A stretch of DNA of 64,000 bases from Methanobacteriota archaeon (GTDB lineage: Archaea; Halobacteriota; Bog-38; Methanoflorentales; Methanoflorentaceae), in assembly GCA_963719035.1 (NCBI GenBank), contig CAVRAO010000002.1:96001-160000 (forward strand), in the 5' to 3' direction. The notes below the pieces were generated by a model, which saw only the letters and a program-made list of their open reading frames with translations, made no database searches and was not told the DNA's origin. Positions 10,509-22,001 of the stretch are shown one piece after another. The stretch's first letter is position 1, and every line of letters starts with the position of its first letter. Both the position numbers and the translations under genes were made by a program.

Positions 10509-11786
10509 ATGAACGTGAGGATCTTGCAGTCCACGATTAACGGCAAGTTAGAGGCCCCTCCGTCCAAAAGCTACACGCACCGCGCCATAGTCATGGCCAG
10601 CTTGTCGAAGACCTCACGGGTCATTAAGCCTCTTATCTCTGAAGACACGTGCGCGACGGTGAAAGCGTGCGAGGCGATTGGTGCTAACATAAATCCTGTA
10701 GGTGATGTGTTTTTTGTCGATGGGGTGCAAGGAAAGCCCATAACGCCGGATAACGTTATCGACTGCCAGAACTCAGGGACGACGTTGAGATTCATGTTAG
10801 GGGTCTGTTCCTTGATTGATGGCACGACGGTTTTGACGGGTGACGCATCGTTAAGGGGCCGACCGAGCTCTCAACTCATCGACGCCCTTAATGAGCTCGG
10901 GGCAAATGTTACAGCGACGAAGGAAAACGGGATGGCGCCCGTGATCGTGCACGGCGTGCTTTCAGGGGGGAGATCAGCGCTTACGAATCCGATGAGCTCG
11001 CAGTTTTTGTCTACGCTTCTGATCGCTTGTCCTCTCTGTCAAGCTGACACGACCCTAAATGTACGCAATCTAAAGTCGCGGCCGTACGTCGATATGACGC
11101 TCGAACTACTGAACCAAGCACAGATCAACGTAAGCACCGACTACTACGAGTTTATGGTGCCATGTTGTCAGAACTATGCGGACACCGATTTTCTCATTCC
11201 CGGCGATTTTTCGTCCGCAGCATTCCATCTCAGTGCGGCTGCCATTACGAACTCACGGGTAAGTATACACAATCTCTTAGAATCGAAACAAGGGGATAAG
11301 CGAATTGTGTCTATCCTCAAAGAGATGGGGGCAAACATCTCGTGGGAACGTGATGTAGTTACTATTGACGGCGCTGAGCTTCGTGGCGTTACCATAGATG
11401 CGAGTGACATCCCAGATCTTGTTCCGATACTCGCGGTTCTAGGCGCTTACGCAGAAGGGACTACTGACATTTTCAACGTCGCAAATTTGCGCTACAAAGA
11501 AACAGATAGACTACTCGCTATTATTACTGAGCTCCGCAAGATGCAGGTGGACATCAAGCAAGCGGATGATATCCTAAGAATCAAGGGCGGGACGCCCAAA
11601 GGAGCTTCTTTAAGCGGATACGGGGACCATCGCATTGTTATGTCTCTCGCTGTTGCGGCGTTAGCGGCGGAAGGACAAACTCAGATTGACACCGCGGAAT
11701 CGGTTAAGGTATCTTATCCGGACTTTTTTGATGATATTTTTGCGCTAGGAGCTAATCTCGAGCCGATTAGCGCTGAATCCGTCTGA
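10509..11786 (+). CDS. aroA: 3-phosphoshikimate 1-carboxyvinyltransferase
   Basis: PPSKSYTHR, NSGTTLRF, KETDR, DHRIVM. Confidence 0.97.
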   Translation: MNVRILQSTINGKLEAPPSKSYTHRAIVMASLSKTSRVIKPLISEDTCATVKACEAIGANINPVGDVFFVDGVQGKPITPDNVIDCQNSGTTLRFMLGVCSLIDGTTVLTGDASLRGRPSSQLIDALNELGANVTATKENGMAPVIVHGVLSGGRSALTNPMSSQFLSTLLIACPLCQADTTLNVRNLKSRPYVDMTLELLNQAQINVSTDYYEFMVPCCQNYADTDFLIPGDFSSAAFHLSAAAITNSRVSIHNLLESKQGDKRIVSILKEMGANISWERDVVTIDGAELRGVTIDASDIPDLVPILAVLGAYAEGTTDIFNVANLRYKETDRLLAIITELRKMQVDIKQADDILRIKGGTPKGASLSGYGDHRIVMSLAVAALAAEGQTQIDTAESVKVSYPDFFDDIFALGANLEPISAESV

Positions 11787-11810
11787 AGCTTATTGAGGGG
11801 GCTATCGTTT

Positions 11811-12899
11811 ATGAACACCTGGGGACGTATGTTTAGGGTAACCACTTGGGGTGAAAGTCATGGTCCTGCTACGGGGGTGGTCATCGACGGCTGCCCGGCA
11901 GGGTTGCCCTTAACTCACGAAGTTATCCAAAAGGAACTAGATCGCCGACGTCCGGGTCAAAGTACTGTGACCACGCAGCGATCTGAAAGTGATACGGCGC
12001 AGATATTTTCAGGCATTTTCGAAGACAAGACGCTTGGCACGCCGATCTCCGTTATGATACAAAACGAAGACGTCGACTCGCGTGCATATGATGAACTGCG
12101 TAACGTGCCGCGCCCAGGACACGCCGACTACACCTTTCACGCCAAGTATGGATGGCGAGATCACCGTGGCGGTGGGAGGGCGTCAGCACGTGAGACGGCG
12201 GCGCGTGTTGCTGCAGGAGCTGTGGCGAAGCAGTTACTCGCGCATCACGATATCCGAGTGCTTGGGCACGTGGTCGAAATTTACGGGATACAATCGAAGT
12301 TCGTTTTTGAGAGTCCGGAAGATTTGATGCTAGCCGAGAGGAGCATCGTGCGATGCTGCGACGCAGCTGCTTCTGATGAGATGGTCGCGTGTGTTGAACG
12401 TATGAAAAAGGCGGGCGACAGTGTCGGCGGAATTGCAGAAATCGTCGCCTTCAACGTTCCGACGGGAGTCGGTGAGCCTGTTTTTGGTAAATTAGACGCA
12501 GAACTGGCCAGGGCACTAATGAGTATTGGTGCCGTAAAGGCGGTTGAGATCGGTGCTGGCTCCAGCTCAGCACGACTTAAAGGAACAGAAATGAACGATC
12601 CGTTCACTGTAAAGGGCGGGCGGATTCTAACTAAAACGAACAAGGCTGGCGGAATTCTTGGCGGTATCTCTACAGGAGCTCCAATCATCTGTAGAATTAC
12701 GGTTAAACCGACGCCCTCAGTTGGAGGGCAGCAAACCTCAGTTGATTTAGAAACGTTACAGGAAGTCGATCTGTCTATTTCAGGCAGACACGATCCTTGC
12801 ATTTTGCCGAGAATAGTGCCAGTCGCCGAGGCTATGGTTGCGCTCGTGCTTGCCGACTTAATGATACAGGGTGGCTTTATCAATCCGGCGCGTGTCTGA
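11811..12899 (+). CDS. aroC: Chorismate synthase
   Basis: [28 protein letters not shown]. Confidence 0.97.
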   Translation: MNTWGRMFRVTTWGESHGPATGVVIDGCPAGLPLTHEVIQKELDRRRPGQSTVTTQRSESDTAQIFSGIFEDKTLGTPISVMIQNEDVDSRAYDELRNVPRPGHADYTFHAKYGWRDHRGGGRASARETAARVAAGAVAKQLLAHHDIRVLGHVVEIYGIQSKFVFESPEDLMLAERSIVRCCDAAASDEMVACVERMKKAGDSVGGIAEIVAFNVPTGVGEPVFGKLDAELARALMSIGAVKAVEIGAGSSSARLKGTEMNDPFTVKGGRILTKTNKAGGILGGISTGAPIICRITVKPTPSVGGQQTSVDLETLQEVDLSISGRHDPCILPRIVPVAEAMVALVLADLMIQGGFINPARV

Positions 12900-13099
12900 A
12901 CGTTGCGCACTCAAGGTGCCCTCTACCGGGGGTTTCGTATTCAGGTTTTGGATCGCTTCACAAAACATAGCCAAGCGCCAAACTCGTTTTCTTGATCTCC
13001 AACAACTATTTATCACGCTCTGTGATAAGAAGTGTGAACTCACACTCGCACATGCTGTGAAACGGAAATTGCAAGAAGCAGCGTTAGGTATCCTTGAAT

Positions 13100-14602
13100 A
13101 TGGCACGGTTTTTAATGATTAGTGGGACCGCTTCTCACGTTGGCAAGAGCGTTTTAACTGCTGCGCTGTGCAGGTTGTTGGTGAATAGCGGGTTCAAAGT
13201 GGCGCCTTTTAAGTCACAAAACATGAGCTTGAATTCGTGGGTGACGCAGCGCGGCGATGAGATTGGAATCGCCCAGGCAGTACAAGCGTGGGCTGCCAAA
13301 ATTGAGCCATCCGCTGACATGAATCCGATTTTGTTGAAGCCCAAGGGTGACTCGATATCACAAGTCATCTTACATGGAAAACCCTTAGGAGACCGGAGAG
13401 TTGGCGAGTACTACGATTCAGTCAATGTCATCTTTAAGCATGTTTGTTATTCGCTTGAAGCGCTTGCTCGTTCATACGAGATTGTTATAATCGAAGGTGC
13501 TGGCAGTCCCGCAGAGATCAACCTCTACGATCGGGATATAGCAAACATGCGAGTTGCTCAAAGTGTCGACGCTCCCGTGATCCTCATAGGCGATATCGAG
13601 CGAGGTGGTGTCTTTGCGAGCCTTTATGGGACTGTTCAATTGCTCCCCGTGGACGATCGGCGTCGGATTAAAGGCTTCATAATAAACAAATTCAGAGGTG
13701 ACGAAAAACTGCTTGAGTCGGGAGTGACGCAGCTCGAGACGCTCACAGGCATCCCCGTTCTCGGCATAATTCCTTATGTGAACGTACGGCTGCCTTCTGA
13801 AGATTCCGTTTCGCTTGGGGACAAGTTGCCCCCCTCAAACAGCGTTCTAGACATTGCAGTAATCAGGCTTCCACATATCTCGAATTTCACTGACTTTGAA
13901 CCCCTTCAGAACTTCGCCCGAATCCGGTATGTTTCGCTAGACGGCGATCTCGGTTCACCAGACGCGGTGATTATTCCTGGCACGAAAAACACCATCGACG
14001 ATTTGGCCGCAATGCGCCGGTCGGGGATGGATAAGCAGATCCTAGCGAATGCAGGTACGATTCCGATTATTGGCATCTGCGGTGGTTTTCAGATGCTCGG
14101 TGAATCGATAATTGATGAGGGCTTTGAGGGCACGCAAAACGAAAGGAAAGCAGCAGAAGGGTTACAACTGCTGCACGCCCATACCGTTTTTAACTCGCGT
14201 AGCAAAGAGACGAGACAGGTGGAAAAACACGTTACAGGATGCGGGCCACTGCTCGACAGCTTGAGAGGAAAAACAGTACGTGGATATGAAATTCATATGG
14301 GGGCTACTACATCTAATGTCACGATATTTGGAGACGATGGGGCGCAGGATGATACCGGTCTTGTCTTGGGCACCTACTTGCACGGATTGTTCCACAACGA
14401 CAACTTTCGCTCCATTTTGTTGGAGTACCTAAACTCAAGACATTCGCAGCTGGGGAAAGGAATGTACCGCAACACCCTCTTGCGAACTGATCAGGAGCGC
14501 ACTCTTCACTCAGATAACGCTGGAGATCTCTATGATGAGTTGGCTCGCGTAATGCAGCAACACGTAGATATGGAAGTGTTGTACTCAATCATTGGATTAT
14601 GA
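13100..14602 (+). CDS. cobQ: Cobyric acid synthase
   Basis: GTASHVGKS, PFKSQNMSLNS, EGAGSPAEIN, GICGGFQMLG, GTYLHG. Confidence 0.96.
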   Translation: MARFLMISGTASHVGKSVLTAALCRLLVNSGFKVAPFKSQNMSLNSWVTQRGDEIGIAQAVQAWAAKIEPSADMNPILLKPKGDSISQVILHGKPLGDRRVGEYYDSVNVIFKHVCYSLEALARSYEIVIIEGAGSPAEINLYDRDIANMRVAQSVDAPVILIGDIERGGVFASLYGTVQLLPVDDRRRIKGFIINKFRGDEKLLESGVTQLETLTGIPVLGIIPYVNVRLPSEDSVSLGDKLPPSNSVLDIAVIRLPHISNFTDFEPLQNFARIRYVSLDGDLGSPDAVIIPGTKNTIDDLAAMRRSGMDKQILANAGTIPIIGICGGFQMLGESIIDEGFEGTQNERKAAEGLQLLHAHTVFNSRSKETRQVEKHVTGCGPLLDSLRGKTVRGYEIHMGATTSNVTIFGDDGAQDDTGLVLGTYLHGLFHNDNFRSILLEYLNSRHSQLGKGMYRNTLLRTDQERTLHSDNAGDLYDELARVMQQHVDMEVLYSIIGL

Positions 14603-14605
14603 GAA

Positions 14606-15568
14606 ATGCCTTCTTGGCTCCTCCTCCAGATCTATATTCTTTCCCTTGCGTTGATATTTGACGCTTTTGTCGGCGAACCTCCTGCTCAGGTTCACCCTGT
14701 CGTTTGGATGGGGCGAATCATCGCGGCACTGGAGACGCGACTGTACAAGGGAGATAAGCGCGCTCAAAGACTCAAGGGCACGGCTGCAGCAACAATCGTG
14801 ATTGCAGGCTTTACTGTGCCTGTCGCGCTTTTTCAATTGCTCGGCTATCGCGTAGCAAGCGTGAACGAACTATTAGTGCCACTCTATGTTGTGCTGAGTG
14901 CTTACTTGCTCAAGTCATCCTTCACCGTATTCACGCTGCAGAAAGAAGCCCTTCGCGTGACTGATCTAGCCTACACAGAAATAGAGGCGGCTCGGTTCCA
15001 GTTGCGAGCACTCGTTAGCAGGGACAGGGCGGGGCTCAATCGTGAGTGCATCCTTTCGAGCGTATGTGAATCGGTAGCGGAGAACACCGTCGACAGTGTT
15101 GTTTCTCCTCTTTTGTTCTTTGCCGTTTTTGGCGTCGCCGGTGCCATATTTTATCGTGCTGTGAACACGCTCGATTCGATGCTAGGCTATAGAGATCACC
15201 GAGAACATGTAGGACTATTTTCAGCTAGATTGGACGATATTCTCAACTACCTGCCGACGCGCCTTGCAATCGTCCCTATGATGCTAGGGTTCTTCGTGAT
15301 GTCAGGAAAAGCGGCATGTGTTAAAGCGTGGACTGTTTTAAAACGGGATCGACGTAAGAAGCGAGCAGTCAACTCTGGCATCCCTGTCGCCTTGTTCGCG
15401 GGAGGTTTGGGCGTGACGCTAATAAAGCCTTTAAGCTATGAAATAGGCGAAGGAAAAGGCGACATCACACGAACAACCGTTACTCGCGCGTTAGACGTCA
15501 TGCTCTTCACGTCGATGTTTGCGGTCGCACTCACGGTCGTTTTGTTGGTCGGACGAACGGTGACGTAG
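14606..15568 (+). CDS. cobD: Adenosylcobinamide-phosphate synthase CobD/CbiB
   Basis: GEPP..HPVVWMG, ESVAEN, YRAVNTLDSMLGY. Confidence 0.93.
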   Translation: MPSWLLLQIYILSLALIFDAFVGEPPAQVHPVVWMGRIIAALETRLYKGDKRAQRLKGTAAATIVIAGFTVPVALFQLLGYRVASVNELLVPLYVVLSAYLLKSSFTVFTLQKEALRVTDLAYTEIEAARFQLRALVSRDRAGLNRECILSSVCESVAENTVDSVVSPLLFFAVFGVAGAIFYRAVNTLDSMLGYRDHREHVGLFSARLDDILNYLPTRLAIVPMMLGFFVMSGKAACVKAWTVLKRDRRKKRAVNSGIPVALFAGGLGVTLIKPLSYEIGEGKGDITRTTVTRALDVMLFTSMFAVALTVVLLVGRTVT

Positions 15569-15642
15569 CGGCCCACGATTGAAGATACGTGGCGCAATAA
15601 CGCAAACAAGTTAAACTAGAAACGCAAAGTTGTATCCCATAC

Positions 15643-16137
15643 ATGCTTCAAGGGGTTGAGATGAGACCGCTCACCAAACGCGCAGATGAGCGAGGATTCT
15701 TCACAGAATTAGTTAGAAAAGACTGGATAGCTAATGATTCACTCCAGCAATGCAATTTCTCAATCACTTATCCCGGCGTCGTTAGGGCGTGGCATCGACA
15801 CACTCGGGGACAGACTGACCTCTTCGTCGTTCTGAGCGGTGCCGTCAAGCTTTGTGCATTTGACGATGAGACGGCAGAACTCAATGAGATTATTCTTACA
15901 AGCGACGTCTTACAGTTAGCTCGTATTCCCGGACAATATTGGCACGGGTTTAAAACCCTCGGTGAACAACGTGCCTTTCTTGTGTATTTCGTTAACAGGC
16001 TCTACGACTACGTGGCACCTGACGAAGAGCGACGCCCTTGGGACGATCCAACCGTACGTCCCGCACTCATAAATGGAAGTGCACAGGATCAGCGTTGTGG
16101 TAAGTCGTGGGACTGGATGGATACTCGCTTCAAATAG
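15643..16137 (+). CDS. dTDP-4-dehydrorhamnose 3,5-epimerase family cupin
   Basis: DERGFFTE, GVVRAWHRH, WHGFK. Confidence 0.85.
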   Translation: MLQGVEMRPLTKRADERGFFTELVRKDWIANDSLQQCNFSITYPGVVRAWHRHTRGQTDLFVVLSGAVKLCAFDDETAELNEIILTSDVLQLARIPGQYWHGFKTLGEQRAFLVYFVNRLYDYVAPDEERRPWDDPTVRPALINGSAQDQRCGKSWDWMDTRFK

Positions 16138-16206
16138 CAAAAAGGAGCACAATGACGCTCGCTTGTCAAACTCGAAATATGCGATTAAAAAAGTTAGGAG
16201 GCGCAA

Positions 16207-16413
16207 ATGACTGAATTACCCATAGCTCCCGTTGATAGAATTCTTCGAAAGGCGGGCGCGGAACGCGTGAGCCAAGAGGCAGCTGAAGCACTTGCCAATG
16301 TCATGGAAAACTACGTGATCGATCTCACTGAACGAGCTTTGATATTGGCACAGCACGCGGGAAGGAAGACGATTCGCGTCGATGACGTCCGCTTAGCCGC
16401 ATCGCGAAGTTAA
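16207..16413 (+). CDS. Archaeal histone
   Basis: ELPIAPVDRILRKAGAERVS..HAGRKTI..DDV. Confidence 0.95.
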   Translation: MTELPIAPVDRILRKAGAERVSQEAAEALANVMENYVIDLTERALILAQHAGRKTIRVDDVRLAASRS

Positions 16414-16414
16414 G

Positions 16415-16702
16415 ATGGATCTTGCAGAAATACAAAAGCAAATCGAAGTCAGGTATGGCACGATTGATAAGGCCTCTGGCTCACTCTTTCTTCTATCGGT
16501 CCTCTTAGAGGAATGCGGAGAGCTTGCCACTGCTGTTCGACACAAAGAAGCGACAGCCAAGGATGAGGTTGTAGACGTAATCTTTTGCGCGCTTTCGATC
16601 GCAAATTTGCTTGCGGCGGATGTCGATCACTTGCTACAAGAAAAGTACCTGCAAAAGCGGCTCGACGAAGTAACGAAAACTTGGACCGACATTCCGAAAT
16701 AA
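16415..16702 (+). CDS. MazG-like nucleotide pyrophosphohydrolase
   Basis: EECGELA..DEVVDV..SIANL. Confidence 0.8.
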   Translation: MDLAEIQKQIEVRYGTIDKASGSLFLLSVLLEECGELATAVRHKEATAKDEVVDVIFCALSIANLLAADVDHLLQEKYLQKRLDEVTKTWTDIPK

Positions 16703-16795
16703 TGACGCATCGCGCAGAAGCCTACGTTAGTTCGCTAAAACATATTAGTCCGGCAGAAAAAGCAACTTAGGCGAAGCAAATGCGTAGGGTTTTAG

Positions 16796-17998
16796 CTACT
16801 TGCGCTCAGGACACAAAACCCTTCGATATGACTTTTCGGGAAAGATTCGTTGCCAAACGAGGCTTTTTGCTGCTGCCGCGGTTAGTTCATTGAGCGGCAG
16901 TTGTGTTTCCAATGCTTTCATTTCGAAAAGATCTGCATTAGTAGTCGGGTGTCGGTGCGCAGCCCTGCAGACTGTGGAGTGACCAGCCGTCGACAAATGG
17001 TAAGTTCCGATATGTCGCGCTTTCTTTATGCTTTCTGTCTTATCAAGACCTACCAACGGACGGTACACAGGAACATCAGAAGCTTCGTCGATGGCCAAGA
17101 GGTTTTTGGTCGTTTGGCTTGCGACTTGGCCAATGCTCTCACCAGTTACGATACCATGCGCGTGCTCTTCTTTAGCGATCGATGCTGCGATCCTATACAT
17201 CATTCTCTTACAAAGCACGCAGCTTGTTCGTGGGGCTAAACTCTTAAACTGATTTAAATTAGCTCCATGGTGAACTATTCCGAGATTTAAAGGACGTCCC
17301 GCCCACACTGCGAGTGCTTTGACAACAGCCAGTGCCCGCTCGCGTTCGGCGTTGCCTGTGTAGGGCTCACAGTCGAAAAACAGTGGGATGATGGTGCAAC
17401 CGCGCTTCATCATAAGCCACGCTGCCACCGGCGAATCTATCCCTCCAGAAAGGAGGACTATCACTTTTCCTTGAGTTCCTAGTGGAAGACCTCCAACTCC
17501 GTCGATGAACTCTGTGTAGATGTAAGCGCGTTCCGCCCTCACTTCGATGAACAGTTCGACATCAGGTTTTGTCAACCGCACCGGCGCGGTTGTTGCTTGT
17601 TCGATTACCCCCCCGACAACAACACCAATATCTTTGCTTGAGTAGTCATGCGTTCCTGTTCGACGTGCTCGAATTGCAAATGATTTGCCCTGAGTAAGCA
17701 GCGGCGATATTATTTGTAAAGCAGCGTCTTTCATCGCGTCCAGTGTCGCTGTGCTCGTTTGGACAGGGCTTACTGAGACCACTCCAAAAACACGTGCTAT
17801 GGTCAGAGCTGCCGCTACGTCTTGCGTTTGAACGAAAATACGGCCAAAATCTCTGACAACAGCATCAAACGGGATTTCGCAAAAGCTGAGCGCTTTTTCT
17901 ATATTTTTAACAAGCGCGCTTTCATACCGACTTCTAACTCTATCGCTTTTGATCCCAATTTCACCATATCGGACTAAGATAGAATCGATTTTCTGCAT
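16796..17998 (-). CDS. thiI: tRNA 4-thiouridine synthase ThiI
   Basis: RYGEIGIKS, THUMP domain, SGGIDSPVA, GESIGQVASQT. Confidence 0.95.
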   Translation of the reverse strand: MQKIDSILVRYGEIGIKSDRVRSRYESALVKNIEKALSFCEIPFDAVVRDFGRIFVQTQDVAAALTIARVFGVVSVSPVQTSTATLDAMKDAALQIISPLLTQGKSFAIRARRTGTHDYSSKDIGVVVGGVIEQATTAPVRLTKPDVELFIEVRAERAYIYTEFIDGVGGLPLGTQGKVIVLLSGGIDSPVAAWLMMKRGCTIIPLFFDCEPYTGNAERERALAVVKALAVWAGRPLNLGIVHHGANLNQFKSLAPRTSCVLCKRMMYRIAASIAKEEHAHGIVTGESIGQVASQTTKNLLAIDEASDVPVYRPLVGLDKTESIKKARHIGTYHLSTAGHSTVCRAAHRHPTTNADLFEMKALETQLPLNELTAAAAKSLVWQRIFPEKSYRRVLCPERK

Positions 17999-18385
17999 CG
18001 CTTTGTTTACTATCTCTCAGTCATTCAAATCAGGTATCGTGTTAAGAGTTATCACATCTGTTTACGAGTTACTGCGCAGTGAAATAGTTCGTTGTGATAA
18101 TAGTGGCCCAGTCACATCTATAGTCAGCTATTTTAAATGATAAGCATAGGGCATTCAGATATTGAGGAATATTAACGTCTTGCGACTACATTTATCTACA
18201 ACTGAAACAAGGAGACTCAGTGAACGGAATGCTGCTTGTGATTTTTTTTAAAATGAGCCTAGCCTTGGTGTAGGAGTAATACCGCTTTAAGTTTTTTTTT
18301 GGGCTCCGTTCGAAGCCAATTGTTACTAAGTCGTTGTCCAAGTGAACGTGTAAAGCATTTATATGTGTTTAACATAGTATGCGTG

Positions 18386-18481
18386 GCCGCCGTGGCTAAG
18401 CTCGGCATAGCGGCTGATTCGTATTTGAGCGCTGCTCAAAGAATTATCAGCAGATCGAGGGTTCAAATCCCTCCGGCGGCT
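18386..18481 (+). tRNA. tRNA-Thr(CGT) with intron
   Basis: GCTGA-TT-CGT-A[TTTGAGCGCTGCTCAAAGAATT]A-TCAGC; GGTTCAAATCC; TATA-like TTTATA upstream. Confidence 0.92.
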
Positions 18482-18614
18482 TATTCAAAGTACTCATTAC
18501 CTTAAGACGCGTGCAATGCCGCGTCAATGTCTATGAAAGCATGAAGCAAAGAATCAATATAATGCGTGTGAAAATACATAAAGTTTATCATCCATAAAGG
18601 CAATCCGCAAAACG

Positions 18615-18755
18615 ATGGCAGACGAGGGGAAGCGTCAGAGTATGAAGGAGGACATAATCGAGCAAATTGAGAAACTCGATGTGTTACGTGAGAAAGGCTT
18701 TATCACTAGCGATGCCTACGAAAAGCGAAAAACCGAGTTACTCGAACTTCTCTGA
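18615..18755 (+). CDS. Stand-alone SHOCT-like micro-protein (46 aa)
   Basis: MADEGKRQSMKEDIIEQIEKLDVLREKGFITSDAYEKRKTELLELL fits the SHOCT pattern; below the ORF-track cutoff. Confidence 0.7.
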   Translation: MADEGKRQSMKEDIIEQIEKLDVLREKGFITSDAYEKRKTELLELL

Positions 18756-18777
18756 AGGTGCGTATCGACCCCTTTTT

Positions 18778-20098
18778 TCACTTGAGCCCTTGTTTCCTCA
18801 AGAACTTTTGCATATCTTTTTGCGAGCGAACGCCTTTCAACGTTCGTTGCATCACCTTATGGTATTTCAGGAGCTCGCGTACGTTATCAGAAGGGACGCC
18901 CGAGCCGCGAGCGATCCGCTTGATGCGTGAACTGCGAATTATGCGTGGATGTTCGAGCTCTTCGTCAGTCATTGAATCCATGACAACTCTGAAACGCTCT
19001 AGGCTCTCTTTAGTCGATTGAAGCGCAGCATCGGGGATATCGACGCCGAGCGACCCAAGCGGGAGCATTTGGACGATTTTGGCAAGAGGCCCCATCTTGC
19101 CTATCGCTTCCATCTGTTTGTACATATCTTTCAGCGTAAAATCGCCTTTAAGCATCGCTTCTGCTTCTTCCATCTCGATGGGTGGCTCTTCTTCGATCAT
19201 TTCAACCAAAGTCTTGATATCTCCCATGCCAAGCAGCCGCGATATGAATCGGTCCGGTTCGAACTTTTCGAAGTCGTCAACCGTTTCACCAGTCCCGATA
19301 AACGCTATGCCAGTCCCAACCTCAGCAACTGCTGAAAGGGCACCACCCCCTTTCGCGGTCCCGTCGAGCTTTGTCACTATAACTCCCGTTAAGCCAATCG
19401 CTTCGTTGAATGCTCGCGCTTGCTCGCTCGCTTGCTGACCAATGCCAGAATCGAGCACTAGGAGGCGCTCGTCAGCGTTCGCTATCTCGTTGATGGCCTT
19501 CATTTCGAGAACGAGATCTGATTCGAGCGCATGCCGCCCTGCTGTATCGACGAGAATAACATCATAGCGCTTGAGCTCAGCGATGCCGTGGGCTGTTATT
19601 TCGACTGCGTTCTTGTTCTCTAATTCACCGTAAAAAGGTACGCCGATCCTCGCACACAGCTGCGAGAGCTGGTCAAAAGCTCCGGGGCGGAAGGTGTCAG
19701 CGCAGATAACAGCAACTTTCAAGCCCTTTTTTTGAAAAAATCGGGCGAGCTTAACCGTAGTCGTCGTCTTGCCGCTACCCTGAAGTCCGACTAGGATTAC
19801 GGGCATGATGGGTGAGCCGAACTGATATTGGTTCACCAAGGAGCGCAACAAGCTCTTGGTAAACTATGTTTATGACGTGTTGACGAGGATTCAGTTTCCC
19901 TGAGAGCTCTTCTTTCAACGCCCGTTCCTTAATTCGTTTCGACAGCTGCTGTACGAGAGCGACATTCACGTCAGCGCTAAGGAGCGCTCTTTGAATGTCC
20001 CTCACGACTTCATTGAGCGTTTTTTCGTCGATGCGGTTAGCTCGAGCTAGTTTTTTGAGCGTATCGCGGAGCGAGCTGCTTAGACCCTCCATTACCAT
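18778..20098 (-). CDS. srp54: Signal recognition particle protein SRP54 (frameshift near 19.8 kb)
   Basis: [13 protein letters not shown] in the first ORF; [27 protein letters not shown] and M domain in the second. Confidence 0.95.
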
Positions 20099-21219
20099 TT
20101 AAGCATCCGCCTCGTCAAATAATCTGGTCATAAGCCACTGGGGGTCAAACTTGATGATATCTTCGTAGTTCTGTCCCACACCCAAAAAGAGAATTGGCTT
20201 GTTCGTTGCGTGTGCTATTGAGATAGCGGTGCCTCCTTTTGAATCGGCATCAACCTTGGTGAGAATCGATCCGTCGATTGCCATTGTTGTGTTGAACTGA
20301 AGAGCGCGCTCAACTGCGTCGTTTCCCGCGAGGGCTTCGTCGACAAAAACCACTAAATCGGCGTCTATGACCCTCTCAATTTTTTTAAGTTGGTTCATCA
20401 GGTTGACGTTAGTGTGGATTCTCCCGGCAGTATCTGCCAGGACGACGTCCTTGTGTTTCGCTCGTGCATATTGTACCGCATCGTAGATTACCGCTGCAGG
20501 GTCAGCTCCTTGTTTGTGTTTAACGAGTTTTACCCCTAAGTTCTCGGCGTGGCGCGCAATTTGCTCAAGAGCACCGGCTCGGTACGTGTCACCTGCAGCA
20601 AGTACGACGCTATAACCTTGATTTTTAAGGCGGTAAGCCACTTTTGCAATCGTTGTGGTTTTACCCGTTCCATTTATCCCGGTAAAAACGATGGTGACGG
20701 GTTTCGGAGTGTTTTTGATGATTTCATCGAAATCAAGGCCATTGACATCGAGGACTTTTAAAATTCCATCGCGGAGCGCTTGTTCGACGAGAGCCCCTAC
20801 GTCTTGGCGCCATTTTCTCTTAGTGCCAACAAGCTCTTTCTTTACGGTCTCAACGATTTCTTCAGAGACCGATACGGCAACGTCGCTTTCAAGGAGTGCA
20901 ATCTCAAGGTCCCAAAGGGCCTCTTCAAGGTCCTTACCTTTAATTTTTCGTTCAAAAAGGGACTTGTCGCTCGCGGATTTCTGCCGTTGCTCGGTTCAAC
21001 GCGCTGTTGAGGTTGCTCGACAGATTTAGAAGCAAGTCCTACTATCTCAGCGTTAACGATCTGTGGTGTCGTCGGTTCACACGATATCTCTTCTGTCGCC
21101 TTACCAGATGGGGTTTCTTCACTCTCTGCGGCTTCGATAGCCTCGTTGTTCAGCTCGCTTTCCGTGGCGCTAACGCTCTCTTTAAATATATTGAGCTTTT
21201 TTCTTAAGCTCTCAAACAT
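20099..21219 (-). CDS. ftsY: SRP receptor FtsY (frameshifted)
   Basis: MFESLRKKL N-terminus, GINGTGKTTT in an intermediate frame, DTYRAGA, DTAGR, TKVDADSKGG. Confidence 0.92.
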
Positions 21220-21645
21220 TTAAGGTTCCGCCTGTAACTGCGATTGAACTGCTTGCAACTGCGATTGTAGTGAGTAGATTTGGGAACCGATCTGGTTTAG
21301 CCTAGCGGCGAATTGTCCTTGCATCTCAGTCAGTTTTTTCTTCCGCTCAGTGAGATATGACACGGCATCAGCAACGTCTACTTCAGCGGAGACGTTTGCT
21401 CCAAGCCCTATTATAACTCTGTCTGTTTGAGGAATGGTGCCATAGACGAATGAGTTCGCTCCAATTGTTATGAGTGTCTCTTTGCCTACATCAGGTTTCG
21501 AAAGTGCTTCAACGGTGGCAACTGCATTATCTATCTCGCTTATGGTGAAACTGACGAGCTCCATCTGTTGTTCATAGGCACGGGCTTCTGCCTCAGATTG
21601 TTGCAGTTGGCCGAGCAACACGCGTATTTCTTGTTCGCTTGCCAT
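21220..21645 (-). CDS. pfdA: Prefoldin alpha subunit
   Basis: Coiled coil / beta hairpin / coiled coil; conserved context. Confidence 0.9.
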   Translation of the reverse strand: MASEQEIRVLLGQLQQSEAEARAYEQQMELVSFTISEIDNAVATVEALSKPDVGKETLITIGANSFVYGTIPQTDRVIIGLGANVSAEVDVADAVSYLTERKKKLTEMQGQFAARLNQIGSQIYSLQSQLQAVQSQLQAEP

Positions 21646-21649
21646 GATA

Positions 21650-21838
21650 TCACGCGTCTTCCATTAAAATAGATTCAATGCGAATTAGGTTCCGCTTCAA
21701 GCCGTGTTCGCTGCCAATGAGGGAGTAGAGCTTTTCGGCGGCATTTTTCTCGTTATTGCTCGAGACTCTTTTTGTAAAACGTTCCCACGAACGCCCTGCT
21801 TTAAAGGAACCCGTTATTTGAAAGTTTTTTGTTTCCAT
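21650..21838 (-). CDS. rpl18a: 50S ribosomal protein LX (L18Ae/eL20)
   Basis: EKLYSLIGSEHGLKRNLIRI. Confidence 0.9.
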   Translation of the reverse strand: METKNFQITGSFKAGRSWERFTKRVSSNNEKNAAEKLYSLIGSEHGLKRNLIRIESILMEDA

Positions 21839-22001
21839 GTCTTACCATCCACAATGAAATGCAACGAACGCCTTTTAACGTCGATTATGATTTTAACGTG
21901 CTCGTGTTGAGCGCCTGTCGATCATTGGAATACTCGCGGGTTATTAGTTAAATAGCTATCCAAACCCCGTCGCCTAGTGAATGCTAGGCTCTTTCTGAGG
22001 G

